Of a DNA stretch of 64,000 nucleotides, positions 1-15,000 are shown in pieces. The DNA is taken from NCBI RefSeq assembly GCF_009914755.1, contig NC_060938.1. One strand, given 5' to 3'. Below the pieces are notes generated by a model, which worked only from the letters and a program-made list of their open reading frames with translations, was not told where the DNA came from and made no database searches. The stretch is from the human T2T-CHM13v2.0 reference genome, Homo sapiens. Positions within the stretch are counted from its first letter, which is position 1, and every line of letters begins with the position of its first letter. Both the position numbers and the translations under genes were made by a program.

Positions 1-3000
1 AAACATTCAGAACACAAGAGCAGTGTTCTGGAATCTTATGTGAGTGACAAACATTCAGAACCCAGCAACAGTGTTCTGTAATCCTGTCTGAGAGACAAAC
101 ATTCATACCACAGTAGGAGTGTTCTGGAGTCCAATGTGAGGTACAATCATTCAGAACCCAGTAGCAGTGTCCTGGTTTCCTATGTGAGGGAGAAACACTC
201 AGAACCCAGCAGCAGTGTTATGGAATCCTATGTGAGGGACAATCATTCAGACCACAGCTGGGGTGTTCTGGAATCCTACCTGTGAGACAAACATTTAGAC
301 CCTCGCAGCATTGTTCTGCAATCCTATTTGAGGAAAATTCATTCACAATACAGCAGGAGTGTTCTGGAGTCCTATGTGCGGAAGAAACATACAGACCCTC
401 GTAGGAGTGTTCCAGAATCCTATGTTAGGGACAATCCTTTAGACCCAAGTAGCAGTGTTTTGGAATCCTATTTGAGGGACAAACACTCAGACCACAGCAG
501 GAATATTTTGGAAGCCTATGTGAGGAAGAAACATTCAGAACACAGAAGGATTGTTCTAGAATCCAACGTGAGGCACAAACAGCCAGACCACAGCACTAGT
601 GTTCTGGAATCCTATATGACGGTCATCCTTTCAGCCCACAGCAGTAGTGTTCTGTAATCCTATTTGAGGAACAAACATTAAGACAACAGCAGGCTTATTC
701 TGGAAACCTCGGTGAGGAGCAAACATTGAGACCACAGCATCAGTGTTCTGGAATCTTATGTGAGGGACAAACACTCAGAACCTTGCAGCAGTGTTCTGGA
801 ATCCTATCTGAGGGACAAACATTCAGACCAGAGCAGGAGTGTTCTTTAATCCTCTGTGAAGTACAATCATTGAGACACTCGTAGCAGTGTACTGGAATCC
901 TACGTGAGGGAGAAACACTCAAAAACCAGCAGCAGTGTTCTGGAATCCTATGTGAGGGACAATCATTCAGACCACAGCTGGGGTGTTCTGTAATCCTACG
1001 TGTGGGACAAACATTCAGACACAATTAGAATTGATCTGGAATCGCATGTGAGGAAAACACATTCAGAACACATCAGGAATCTTTTGGAGTCCTATGTGCG
1101 GGACAACCATTCAGAGGCTTGTAGCAGTGTTCCGGAATCCTATGTGAGGGAGAAACCTTTAGACCCACGTAGCAGTGTTCTGGAGTCGTACGTGAGGGAC
1201 AAACCCTCAGAACCCAACATCAGTGTTGCAGAATTCTAAGTGAGGGACAAACATTCAGACCACAGCAGGAGTGTTCTGGAATCCTATGTAAGGGAGAATA
1301 ATTCAGAGCCTCGTAGCAGTGTTCTGCAATCCTATGTGAGGAACAAACATTCAGACCACAGTAACAGTGTTCTGGAATCCTATTTGAGGGACAAACACTC
1401 AGAGCACAGCAGGGATGCTTTGGAACCCTATGTGAGGGAGAAATATTCAGACCACAGCAGGATTGTTCTGGAATCCCATTGGAGGCACAAACACCCAGAC
1501 CACAGCAGGAGTGTTCTGCCATCCTATGTGATGGTCAACCATTCAGACCACAGCAGCAGTGCTCGGGAATCCTAGATGAGGTACAAACATTCAGACCACA
1601 GCAGGAGTGTTCTGGAATCCTATGTGAGATACAATGGTTCAGACCCTTGTAGCAGTGTTCTGGAATCCTATGTGATGGAGAACCACTCAGAATCCAGCAG
1701 CAGTGTTCTGGAATCCTATGTGATGGAGAAACACTCAGAACCCAGCAGCAGTGTTCGGGAGTCCTATGTAAGGTACAATCATTCAGACCACAGCTGGGGT
1801 GTTCTGGAATCCTATATGTGGGAAAAACATTCAGACCCCGGTAGCATTGTTCTGGAATCCTATGTGAGGAAAATACATTGAGAACACATCAGGAGTGTTC
1901 TGGAGTCCTATGTGCGGGACAAACATTCAGACCCTCTTAGCGGTATTCTGGAATCCTATGTGAGGGAAAAACATTTAGACCCACATGGGAGTGTTCTGGA
2001 ATCGTTCGTGAGGGACAAACACTCAGAACCCAACAGCAGTGTTCTGGAATCCTAATGAGGGACAAACATTCAGACCACAGCAGGAGTGCGCTGGTATCCT
2101 ATGTGAGGGAGAATAATTCAAACCCTCGTGATAGTGTTCTGGATTCCTATGTGATGGACAAATATTCAGACCTCAATACCAGTGTTCTGGAATCGTATTT
2201 GAGGGACAAACACTCAGACCATAACAGGAATGTTTTGGAATCCAATGTGAGGGAGAAACATTCAGACTACTGCAGGATTGTTCTGCAATCCCATGTGAGG
2301 CACAAACACCCAGACCACAGCAGGATTGTTCTGGAATCCTATGTGATGGTCAGACATTCAGACCACAGCAGTAGTAGTCTGGAATCCTGTATGAGAGACA
2401 AACATTCAGATTACAGCAGGATTGTTCTAGAATTCTATGGAGGAACAAACATTCAAACCATATCAGCACTGTTCTGGAATCCTATGTGAAGGGACAGACA
2501 CTCAGAACGCAGCAGCAGTGTTCTGGAATCCTATTTTAGGGACAAACACCCAGACAAGAGCAGGGGTGTTCTGGAATCCTATGTGACAGTCAACCATTCA
2601 GGCCACAGCAGTAGTGCTCTGCAATCCTATGTGAGGGACAAACATTCAGACCACAGCAAGAGTGTTCTGAAATCCTATGTGAGGGACAAACATTCAGAAC
2701 CCAGCACCTTTTTTCTGGAATCCTATCTGAGTGACAAACATTCAGAACAGAGCAGGAGTGTTCTGGAATCCTATGTGAACTACAATCATTCAGACCCTCG
2801 TAGCAGTGTTCTGGAATCGTATGTGAGGGAGAAACACTCAGAACCCAGCAGCAGTGTTCTGGAATCCTATGGGAGGGACAATCATTCAGAACACAGCTGG
2901 GGTGTTCTGGAATCCTAAGTGTGGGAAAAACATTCAGACCCTGGTAGCATTGTTCTGGAATCCCATGTGAGGAAAATACTTTCAGGAAACAGGAGGAGTG

Positions 3001-6000
3001 TTCTGGAGTCCTACGTGAGAGAGAAACATTCAGACCCTCCTAGCAGTGTTCTGGAATCCTATGTGAGGGACAAATATTTAGAACCACGTAACATTGTTCT
3101 GGAATCGCACGTGAGGGACACTCAGAACCTAACAGCAGTGTTCTGGAATCCTAAGTGAGGGACAAACATTCAGACCACAACAGGAGTGCTCTGGAATCCT
3201 ATCGGAGGGAGAATAATTCAGACCCTCCTGTCAGGGTTTTGGAATCCTATGTGAGGGACAAACATTCAGACCCCAGTAGCAGTGTTCTACAATCCTGTTT
3301 GAGGGACAAACACTCAGACTGCAGCAGGAATGTTTTGGAATCCTATGTGAGGGAGAAACATTCAGACCACAGAAGGATTGTTCTGGAATCCCATGTGAGA
3401 CACAAACACCCTGATCACAGCAGGAGTATTCTGGAATCATATCTGAGGGTCAACCGTTGAGACCACAGCAGTAGTGTTCTGGAATCCTATATGAGAGACA
3501 AACATTCAGACCACAGCAGCATTGTTCAGGAATCCTTTGTGAGGGACAAACACTCAGAACCCAGCAGCAGTGTTCTGGAATCCTATGTGAATGACAAATA
3601 TTTAGACCCTCGTCGCAGTGTTCTGGAATGCTATGGTAGGGACAAACTCTGAAAACTCAGCAGCAGTGTTCTGGAATCCTATGTGAGGGACAATCATTCA
3701 GACCACAGCTGGGGTTTTCTGGAATCCTACATGTGCGACAAGCATTCAGACACTCATAACATTCTTCTGGAATCCTATCATAGGAAAATACATTCAGAAC
3801 ACAGCAAGAGTGTTCTGGAGTCCTATGTGCGAGAAAAACATTCAGACCCTCGTAGCACTGTTCTGGAATCCTACGTAACAGACAAACATATAGACCCACG
3901 TGGCAGTGTTGTGGAATTGTACCTGAGGGACAAACACTCAGAACCCAACAGTAGTGTTCTGGAATCCTAAGTGAGGGACAAACACTCAGACCGCAGCAGG
4001 AGTGCTCTTGAATACTTAGAGGGGAACAAATATTCAGACAACAGCAGGAGTGTTCTGGAATCCTATGTGAGGGAGAATAATTTATACCCTCATAGCAGTG
4101 TTCTGGAATCCTATTTGAGGGACAAACATTCAGACCATCGTAACAGTGTTCTGGAATCCTATGTGAGGGACAAACACTCAGAACCCAGCAGCAGTGTTCT
4201 GGAATCCTATGTGAGGGACAATTATTCAGACCACAGCTGGGGTGTTCTGGAATCCTAAGTGTGGGACAACCATTCAGACCCTCGTAGCATTGTTCTGGAA
4301 TCCTAAGTGAGGAAAATACATTCAGAACACAGCAGGAGTGTTCTGGAATTCTACATGCGGGACAAACATTCAGACTCTCTTAGCAGTGTTATGGAGTCTT
4401 AGGTGAGGGACAAATATTCAGACCCTCATAGTAGTTTTCTGGAGCCCTATGTGAGGGACGAGCATTTAGACCAATGTAGAAGTGTTCTAGAATCGTATGT
4501 GAGGCACAAAACACTCAGAACCCAACAGCAGTGTTCTGGAATCCTAAGTGAGGGATAAACATTCAGACCACAGCAGGAGTGTTCTGGAAACATAAGTGAG
4601 GGAGAAACATTCCCACGACAGCAGGAATGTTCTGGAGCCCTATGTGAGGGACAAACACTCAGACCACAGCAAGAATGCTTTGTAATCCTATGTGACAGAG
4701 AAGCATTCAGACCACAGCAGGATTGTTATGGAATCTCATGTGAGGCACAAACACCCAGACCACAGCCGGAGTGTTCTGGAATCCTATGTGAGCATCAACC
4801 ATTCAGACCACTGCAGTAGTGTTCTGGAATCCGATGTGAAGAGCAAACATTCTGAGCCTCGTAGCATTGTTCTGTAATCTTATCTGAGGGATAAACATTC
4901 AGACTCTCTTGGCAGTGTTCTGGAATATTATGTGAGGAACAAATATTCAGACCCTCGTAGCAGTGTTCTGGAATCCTATGTGAGTGAGAAATACACAGAA
5001 CCCAGCAGCAGTGTTCTGTAATCCTATGTGAGGAACAAACATTAGGACACTCGTAGCAGTGTTCTGGAATCATATGTGAGGGAAAAACACTCAGAACCCA
5101 GCAGCACTGTTCTGGAATCCTATTTGAGGGAAACTTTCAGACCACAGCAGGAGTATTCAGGAATCATATGTGAGGGACAAACATTCAGACCCTCATAGCC
5201 GTGTTCTGGAATCCTATGTGAGGGAGAATAATTCAGACCCTCATAGCAGTGTTCTCGAACCCCATTTGAGGGACAAACACTCAGAAGACAGCAGGACTGT
5301 TTTGGAATCCTACATGAGGGAGAAACATTCAGACCCCAGCAGAAGTGTTCTGGAATCTTATTGCAGGTACAAACACTCAGAACCCAGCAGCAGTGTTCTG
5401 GAATCCTATGTTAGGGACTCACATTCAGAACCTCGTACCAGAGTTTTGGAATCCTCTGTGAGGGACAACCTTTCAGACCAAAGCAGCAGTGTTCTGGAAT
5501 CCTATGTGAGGAATAAACATTCACAGCACAGCAGGAGTTTTCTGGTATCCTATTTAAGGGACAAACATTCAGACCCTCTTAGCAGTGTTGTGAAATCCTA
5601 TGTAAAGGACAAACATTCAGACCACAGCAGTAGTGATCTGGAATCCTATGTGAAGGACAAATATTCAGAACCCTGTTGCAGTGTTCTAAAATCCTATGTG
5701 ACAGACAAACATTCAAATCTTCGTAGCAGTGTTCTGGAATCCTATGCGAGGGACAAACATTCAGACCACAGCAGCACTGTTCTGGAATCCTATGTGAGAG
5801 ATAAACACCCAGACCACAGCAGGAGTGTTCTGGAAGTCTATGTGATGAACAAACATTCAGAACACAGCAGGGGTGTTCTGGAATCCTGTGTGAGTGACAA
5901 ACATTCACACCCAGCAGCATTGTTCTGGAGTCCTGTGTGTGGGACAAACATTCAGACCACAGCAGGAGTGTCCAGGAATCCTATGTGAGGGACAAACATT

Positions 6001-9000
6001 CAGACCCTCATAGCAGTGTTCTGGAGTCCTATGTGAGAGAAAAACACTCGGAAGCCAGCAGCAGATTTCTGGAATCCTATGTGAGGGACAAAGATTGAGA
6101 ACCCCGTAGAAGTGTTCTGAAATCATATGTGAGGGACAAACTTCCAGACCCCAGCAGCAGTGTTCTTGAATCTTATGTGAGGGACAAACATTCAGATCAA
6201 ATCAGGAGTGTTTTGGAATCCTATGTGAGGGACAAACATTCAGATTAAAGCAGGAGTGTTCTGGAATCCTAATTCAGGGACACACAGTTCAGACCACAGC
6301 AAGAGTGCCCTGGAATCCCATGTGTGGGAGAATAATTCAGACGGTTGCTGCAGTGTTCTTGAATCCTATGAGAGGGAAAAACATTCAGACCCTCGTAGCA
6401 CTGTTCTCGAATCCTATGTGAGAGACAAACACTGCGAACCCAGCAGTGTTCTGGAATCCAATGTGAGGGACAATCATTCAGACCACAGCTGGTGTGTTCT
6501 GGAATCCTACGTGTAGAACAAGCATTCAGAACCTCGTACCATTGTTCTGGAATCCTCTGTTAGGAAAATACATTCAGAACACAGAAGGAGTGTTCTGGAG
6601 TCCTATGTGCAGGACAAATATTCAGACCCTCGTAGCTGTGTTCTGGAATCCTATATGAAGGAAAAACGCTAAGAACCCAGCAGCAGTGTTCCGGAATCCT
6701 ATGTGAGGAACAAACATTCAGACCACAATAGCAGTGTTCTGGAATCTTATGTGAGGGACAAACATTCAGATCCTCTTAGAAGTGTTCTGGAATCCTATGT
6801 GAGGGGCAAAGTTTTAGAACAAAGCAGCAGTGTTCTAGAATCTCATGTGAGGGGCAAAGTTTTAGAACAAAGCAGCAGTGTTCTAGAATCTTATGTGAGG
6901 GACAAACATTCAGACCACAGCAGGAGTGTTCTAGAAACCTATGTGAGGGAGAAACATTCAGTCCCAAGGAGCAGTGTTCTGGAATCCTATGTGAGGGACA
7001 GACATTTAGACCGACGTAGCAGTGTTCTGGAATCGTACGTCAGGAACAAACACTCACAACCCAGCGGCAGTGTTCTGGAATCCTACGTGAGGGACAAACA
7101 TTCAGACCACAACAGGAGTGTTCTGGAATCCTATGTGATGGACAAACATTCAGTACCCAGGAGCAGTGCTCTGGAATCCTATGTGAGAGACAAACATTTA
7201 GACCCACACAGCAGCGTTCTGGAATCATAAGTGTGAGACAAACACTGAGAACCTCAGAGCTTTGTTCTGGAATCCTAAGGGAGGAACAGATATTGAGACC
7301 ACAGCAGGAATGTTTTGGAATCGTATGTGAGGGACAAACATTCAGACGACGGCAGCAGTGTTATGGAATGCTTTGTGAGGGACAAACAGTCACAACCCAG
7401 CAGCAGTGTCCTGGAATTCTATTTTGGGGCAAACACTCAGACAACAGAAGCAATGTTTTGGAATCCTATGTGATGGAGAAACGTTCAGACTGCAGCAGGA
7501 TTGTTCTGGAATACCAAGTGAGGCACAGACAACAGCAGGAGTGTTCTGGAATCCTATGTGAGGGTCAAATTTTCAGTTGATAGCAGTAGTGCTCTGGAAT
7601 CCTATGTGAGGGACAAACTTTCAGACCCTCGTAGGAGTGTTCTAGAATCCTTTCTGAGGGACAAACACTCAGAACCCAGCTGCTGTGTTCTGGAATCCAA
7701 TCTGAGGTACCAATATTCAGAAGAGAGCATTAGTGTTACGGAATCCTTTGTGATTTACAATCATTCAGACATTCGCAGCAGTTTTCTGGAATCCTATGTG
7801 AGGGAGAAGCCATCAGAACCCAGCAGCAGGGTTCTGGAATCCTATGTGAGAGAAAATCATTCAGAGCACAGCTAGGGTGCTCTGGAATTCTACGTGTGGG
7901 ACTAGCATTCAGAACTTCGTAGCATTGTTCCGGAATCCTAGGTTAGGGAAACACATTCAGAACACAGCAGGTGTGTTCTGGAGTCCTATGTACGGGACAA
8001 ACATTCAGACCCTTGTAGCAGTGTTCTGGAATCCTATGTGAGGGAAAAACACTTAAACCCAAGTAGCAGTGCTCTGCAATTGTACTTGAGGGACAAGCAC
8101 TCTGAATCCAACAGCAGTGTTCTGTAATCCTGAGTGAGGGACAAACATTCAGACCACAGCAGGAGTGTTCCGGAATCGTAAGTGAGGAACAAACATTCAG
8201 ACTCCAGCATGTGTGTTCTGGTATCCTATGTGAGGGAGAATAATTTAGACGCTTGTAGCAGTGTTCTGGAATCCTATGTGAGGGACCAACATTCAGACCC
8301 TCGTAGCAGTGTTCTGGAGTCCTATGTGAGGGACAAGCACTTAAACCCAAGTAGCAGTGCTCTGCAATTGTACTTGAGGGACAAGCACTCTGAATCCAAC
8401 AGCAGTGTTCTGTAATCCTGAGTGAGGGACAAACATTCAGACCACAGCAGGAGTGTTCCGGAATCGTAAGTGAGGAACAAACATTCAGACTCCAGCATGT
8501 GAGTTCTGGTATCCTATGTGAGGGAGAATAATTTAGACGCTTGTAGCAGTGTTCTGGAATCCTATGTGAGGGACCAACATTCAGACCCTCGTAGCAGTGT
8601 TCTGGAGTCCTATGTGAGGGACAAACATTTAGACCCATGTAACACTGTTCTGGAATCAAACATGAGGGAAAAACACTCAGAACCCAAAAGCAGTGTTATG
8701 GAATCCTACATAAGGGACAATAATTCAGATCCTCGTAGCAGTGTTCTGGAATCCTATTAGAGGGGCAAACATTCAGACCCTCGTAGCAGTGTTCTGAATT
8801 CTATTTGAGGGACAACACTCAGAACCCAGTGACACTGTTGTAGAATGCTTTGTGTGGGGCAATCATTCAGACCACAGCTAGGGTGTTCTGGAATCCTACG
8901 TGTGAGACAAACATTCAGATCCTCGTAGCAGTGTTCTGGAATCTTACGTGAGGGACAAACATTGAGACTCTCGTAGCAGTGTTCTGGAATCCTATGTGAA

Positions 9001-12000
9001 GGACAAACACTCAGAACCCAGAAGCAGTGATCTGGATTCCTATGTAAGGGACAAACATTCAGACCACAGCAGGAGAGTTCTCGAAACCTAAGTGAGGAAC
9101 AAACACTCAGACCACAGCAGGAATGTTTTGGAATCCTATGTGAGGGAGAAATATTCAGACCACAGCAGGATTATTCTGTAATCCCATGTGAGGCACAAAC
9201 ACCCAGACCACAGCAGGAGTGTTCTGGAATCCTATGTGAGGGTCAACCATTCAGACCACAGCAGTAGTGTCCTGGAATCCTATGTGAGGGACAAACATTC
9301 AGAACCTCGCAACAGTGTTCTGGAATCGTATGATAGGGACAAACACTCAGAACCCAGCAGCTGAGTTCTGGAATGTTATGTGAGAGACAAAATCTCAGAC
9401 CCCAGCAGCAGTGTTCTGGCATCCTATGTGAGGGATAAACACTCAGAAAGTAGCAGCAGTGTTCTGGAATCCTATTAGAAGGACAAACATTCAGACGAGA
9501 GCAGGAGTGTTCTGGTATCTTATGTGAGGTACAATCATTCAGTCCCTCGTAGCAGTGTTCTGGAATCCTATGTGAGGGACAAACATTTAAACTCTCGTAG
9601 CAGTGTTCTGGAATCCCATATCTGGGAGAAACACTTAGAACCATGTAGCACTGTTCTGGATCCCTACGTGAGGGACAAATACTCAGAACCCAACAGCAGT
9701 GTTCTGGAATCCTCAGTGAGGGACAAACATTCAGACCACAGCAAGAGTGTTCTGGAATCCTAAGTGAGGGACAAACATTGAGACCACAGCAGGAGTGTTC
9801 TGGAATCCTATGTGAGGAACAAACATTCAGACACTCGTAGTAGTGTTCTGGAATCCTATGAGAGGGACAAACATTTAGACCCACGTACCAGTGTTCTGGA
9901 ATAGTATGTGAGGGACAAACACTCAGAACCCAACAGCAGTGTTCTGGAATCCTAAGTGAGGGACAAACATTTAGACCCACTTACCAGTGTTCTGGAATAG
10001 TACGTGAGGGACAAACACTCAGAACCCAACAGCACTGTTCTGGAATCCTAAGTAAGGGACAAACATTCAGACCACAGGAGGAGTGTTCTGGAATCCTATG
10101 TGAGGGAGAATAATTCAGAACCTCGTAGCAGTTTTCTGGAATCCTATGTGAGGGACAAACATTCAGACCCCAGCAGCAGTGACCTGAAATCCTATGTGAG
10201 AGAGAATCTCTCAGAACCCAGAAGCAGTGTACCAGAATCCTATGTGAGGGCCAATCATTCAGACCATAGCTGGGGTGTTCTGGAAACCTAAGTGTGGGAC
10301 AAATATTCAGACCCTCATAGCAGTGTTCTGGAACCCTATGTGAGGGACAAACATTTAGGCCCACGTAGCAGTGTTCTGGAATCGTACGTGAGGGACAAAC
10401 ACTCAGAACCCAACAGCAGTATTCTGGAAACCTAAGTGAGGGACACACATTCAGACAACAGCAGGATGGTTCTGGATTCCTATGTGAGGGAGAAACACTC
10501 AGAACCCAGCATCAGTGTTCTGGAATCCTATGTGAGAGACCATCAGAAAGACCACAGCTGGTGGGTTCTGGAATCCAAGTTTGGGACAAAGATTCAGACA
10601 CTCGTAGCATTGTTCTGGAATCCTATGTGAGGAAAACACAATCAGAACACAGCAGGAGTGTTCTGGAATCCTATGTGCAGGACAAACATTAGGACCCTCG
10701 TAGCAGTGTTCTGGAATCCTATGTGAGGGACAAACATTTAGACCCACGTAGCAGGGTTCTGGAATCATACTTGAGGGACAAACACTCAAATCCCAACAGC
10801 AGTGTTCTGGAATCCTAAGTGAGGGACAAACATTCAGACAACAGCAGGAGTGTTCTGGAATCCTATGTGAAGAGAATAATTCAGACCCCTGTAGCAGTGC
10901 TCTGGAATCCTATGTGAGGGACAAACATTCAGACCTTCGTAGCAGTGCTCTGGAATCCTCTGTGAGGGATAAACATATAGACCCATATAACTGTTTTCTG
11001 GAATCTTATGTAAGGGAAAAACTCTCAGACTCCAACAGCAGTGTTCTGGAATCCTATGTGAGGGACAGTCATCCAGACCACAGCTGGGATTTTTCTGGAT
11101 CCCTACGTGTGGGACAAACATTCAGACCCTCATAGCATTGTTCTGAAATCCTATTTGAGGAAGAACATTCAGAATACAGCAGTAGTGTCCTGGAGACCTA
11201 CGTGCGGGACAAACATACAGACCCTCGTAGCAGTGTTCTGGAATCCTATGTGAGGGACAAATATTCAGACCACAGCAGGAGTGTTCTGGAATCCTAAGTG
11301 AGGGACAATAAATCAGATGCTCGTAGCAGTGTTCTGGAATCCTATGTCAGGGACAATTTTCAGACCCTCATAGCAGTGTTCTGGAATCCTATGTGAGGGA
11401 CAAACACTCAGAACCCAGGAGTAGTATTCTGGAATCCCATGTTAGGGACAATCATTCAGACCACAGCTGAGTTGTTCTTTAATCCTACGTGTGGGACAAG
11501 CATTCAGACCCTCATAGCAGTGTTCTGGAGTCCTATGTGCGGGAGAAACATTCAGACCCTTGTAGGAGTCTTCAGGAATCCTATGTGAGGGACATACATT
11601 TAGACCCACGTAGCAGGGTTCTGGAATCGTACTTGAGGGACAAACAGTCAGAACCCAACATCAGTGTTCTGGAATCTTAAGTGAGGGACAAACATTCAGA
11701 CCATAACAGGAGTGTTCTGGAATCCTATGTGAGGGAGAATAATTCAGACCCTCGTAGCAGTGTTCAGGAATCCTATTTGAAGGAGAAACACTCAGATCAC
11801 AGCAGGATTCTTCTGGAGTCCCATGTGAGGTAAAAACCCACAGACCACAGCAGGAGTGTTCTGGAATCCTTTGGGTGGGTCAACCATTCAGACCACAGCA
11901 GTAGTGTTCTGGAATCTTATGTGAGGGACAAACATTCAGACTTTCGTAGCAGTGTTCTGGGATCCTATGCGAGGGAGAAACACTCAGAACCCAGCAGCAG

Positions 12001-15000
12001 TGTTTTGGATTCCTATGTGAGGGTCAAATAGACCACAGCAGTAGTGTTCTGGAATCCTTTGTGAGGAACAAACATTCAGACCCTCGTAGCAGTGTTTTGG
12101 AATCCTATGTGAGGGAAAAACACTCAGAACCCAGCAGCAGTGTTCAGGAATCCTATGTTAGGGACAGTCATTCAGACCACAGCTGGGGTGTTCCGGAATC
12201 CTACGTGTGGGACAAGCATTCAGACCCTCGTAGCATTGTTCTGGAATCCTATGTTAGTAAAATGCATTCAGAACACAGCAGGAGTGTTCTGGAGTCCTAT
12301 GTGTGGGACAAATCTTCAGACCCTCGTAGCCGTGTTCTGGAATCCTATGTGAGGGAGAATAATACAGACCTTCGTAGCAGGGTTCTGGAATCCTATTTGA
12401 GGGACAAACACTCAGATGACAGCATGACTGTTCTGGAATCCCATGTGAGACACAAACATCCATACCACAGCAGGAGTGTTCTGGAATCCTATGTGAGGTT
12501 CAAACATTCAGACCACAGCATTGGTGTTCTGGAAATGCTATGTGAAGCAGAAACATTCAGACCCTCGTAGCAGTGCTCAGGAATCTTATGTGAGGGACAA
12601 ACATTCAGACCCTCTTAGCAGTGTTCTGGAATCCTATGCGAGGGGGAAACACTAATAACCCAGCAGCTGTGTTTTGGAATCCTATGTGAGGATCAAATAT
12701 TCAGACCACAGCAGTAGTGTTCTGGAATCCTTTGTAAGGGACAAACATTCAGACCCTCGTAGCAGTGTTTTGGAATCCTATGTGAGGGAAAAACACTCAG
12801 AACCCAGCAGCAGTTTTCAGGAATCCTATGTTAGGGACAGTCATTCAGACCACAGCTGGGGTGTTCCGGAATCCTAAGTGTGGGAAAAACATTCAGGCCC
12901 TTCTAGCATTGTTTTGGAATCCTATGTGAGGGAGAATAATACAGACCTTCATAGCAGTGTTCTGGAATCCTATTTGAGGGACAAACACTCAGATGACAGT
13001 ATGATTGTTCTGGAATCCTATGTGAGAGACAACCATTCAGACCACAGCAGTATTGTATTGGAATCCTAAGTGAGGGAGAAACATCCAGACCACAGCAGGA
13101 GTGTTCTGGAATCCTATGTCAAGGAGAAAAATACAGACCCTCGTAGCCGTGTTCTGTAATCCTATGTGAGGGACAAACACTCATATCCCAGCAGCAGTGT
13201 TCTGGAATCTTATGTGAGGGACAGACATTCAGACCCTCGTAGAAGTGTTCTGGAATCCTACGTGAGAGACAAAGAAACAGAACCCAGCTGCAGAGTTCTG
13301 GAATCTTATGTGAGGGACAAACATTCAGACAAGAGCGGGATTGTTCTGGAATTAAATGGGTTGGACAAACATTCTGACCCTCGTAGCAGTGTTCTGGAAT
13401 CCTATGTGAGGGAAAAACTCTCAGAACCCAGCAGTAGTGTTATGGAACACTATGTGAGGGAGAAACATTCAGAAGACAGCAGGGGTGTTCTGGAATCCCA
13501 TGGGATGGAGAATAATTCAGAACCTCGTAGCAGTCTTTTGGAATCCTATGTGAGGGAGAAAATCTCAAAACACAGCAGCAGTGTTCTGGAATCCTATGAG
13601 AGGGACAATCATTCAGACCACAGCTGGGGTGTTCTGGAATCCTATGTGTGGGACAAGCATTCAGAAACTCGTAGCATTGTTCTGGAATCCTATGTCAGGA
13701 AAATACATTCAGAACACATCAGGAGTCTTCTGGAGTACTTTGTGAGGGACAAACATTCAGACTCTCGTAGCCGTGTTCTGGAATCCTATCAGAGAGAATA
13801 ATTCAGACCCTCCTAACAGGATTCTGGAATCCTTTTTGAGGGACAAACACTCAGACCACAGCATAAATGTTTTGGAATCTTATGTGAAGTAGAAACATTA
13901 AGACCACAGGAGGATTGTTCTGGAATCCCATGTGAGGCACAAACACCCAGACCACAGCAGAAATGTTCTGGAATCCTGTGTGAGGGTCAACCATTCAGAT
14001 CACAGCAGTAGTGTTCTGGAATCCTTTGTGAAGGACAAATATTCAGACAAGAGCAGGAGTGTTCTGGAATCCTATGTGAGGGAAAATAATTCAGACCCTT
14101 GTACATTTGTTCTGGAATCCTATGTGAGAGACAAACACTCAGAACCCAGCAACAGTGTTCTGGAATCTTAGGTTTGGGACAAACATTCAGACCACAGCAG
14201 GAGTGTTCTCGAATCTCATGTGAGGAACAAACATTCAGACCCTCATAGCAGTGTTCTGGAATCATCTCTGAGGGACAAACACTCAAAATCAAGCAGCAGT
14301 GTTCTGGAATCCTATCTGAGGGACAAACATGCAGACCACAGCTGGGGTGTTCTGGAATCCTACGGGTAGGACAAGCATCCAGACCCTCGTCGCATTGTTC
14401 TGGAGTCCTATGTGAGGAAAATACATTGACAACACGGCAGGAGTGTTTTGAAGTCCTATGTGAGGGATAAATATTCAGACCCTCATAGCGGTGTTCTAGA
14501 GTCCTATGTGTGGGACAAACATTTAGACCCACGTAGCAGTGTTTTGGAATCATACGTGAGGCACGGACACTCAGAACCCAACGGCAGTGTTCTGGAATCC
14601 TAATTGAGGGACAAACATTCAGACCACAGCAGGCGTATTCTGGAAAGCTATGTGAGGGAGAATAATTCAGACCCTCGTAACAGTGTTCTGGAATCCTATG
14701 TGAGGAACAAACATTCATACCCCAATGGTAGTGTTATGGAGTCCTATTTGAGGGACAAACACTCAGACCACATCAGGAATGTTTTGGAATCCTATGTGAG
14801 TGAGAAACATTCAGACCACAGCAGGATTGTTCTGGAATCCCATGCGAAGCACAAACACCCAGACCACAGCAGTAGTGTTCTGGAATCATATGTGAGGGTC
14901 AACCACTCAGACCACAGCAGTAGGGTTCTGGAATCCTATGGAAGGGATAAACATTCAGAACCTCGTAGCAGTGCTCTGGAATGTTACGTGAGGGACAAAC

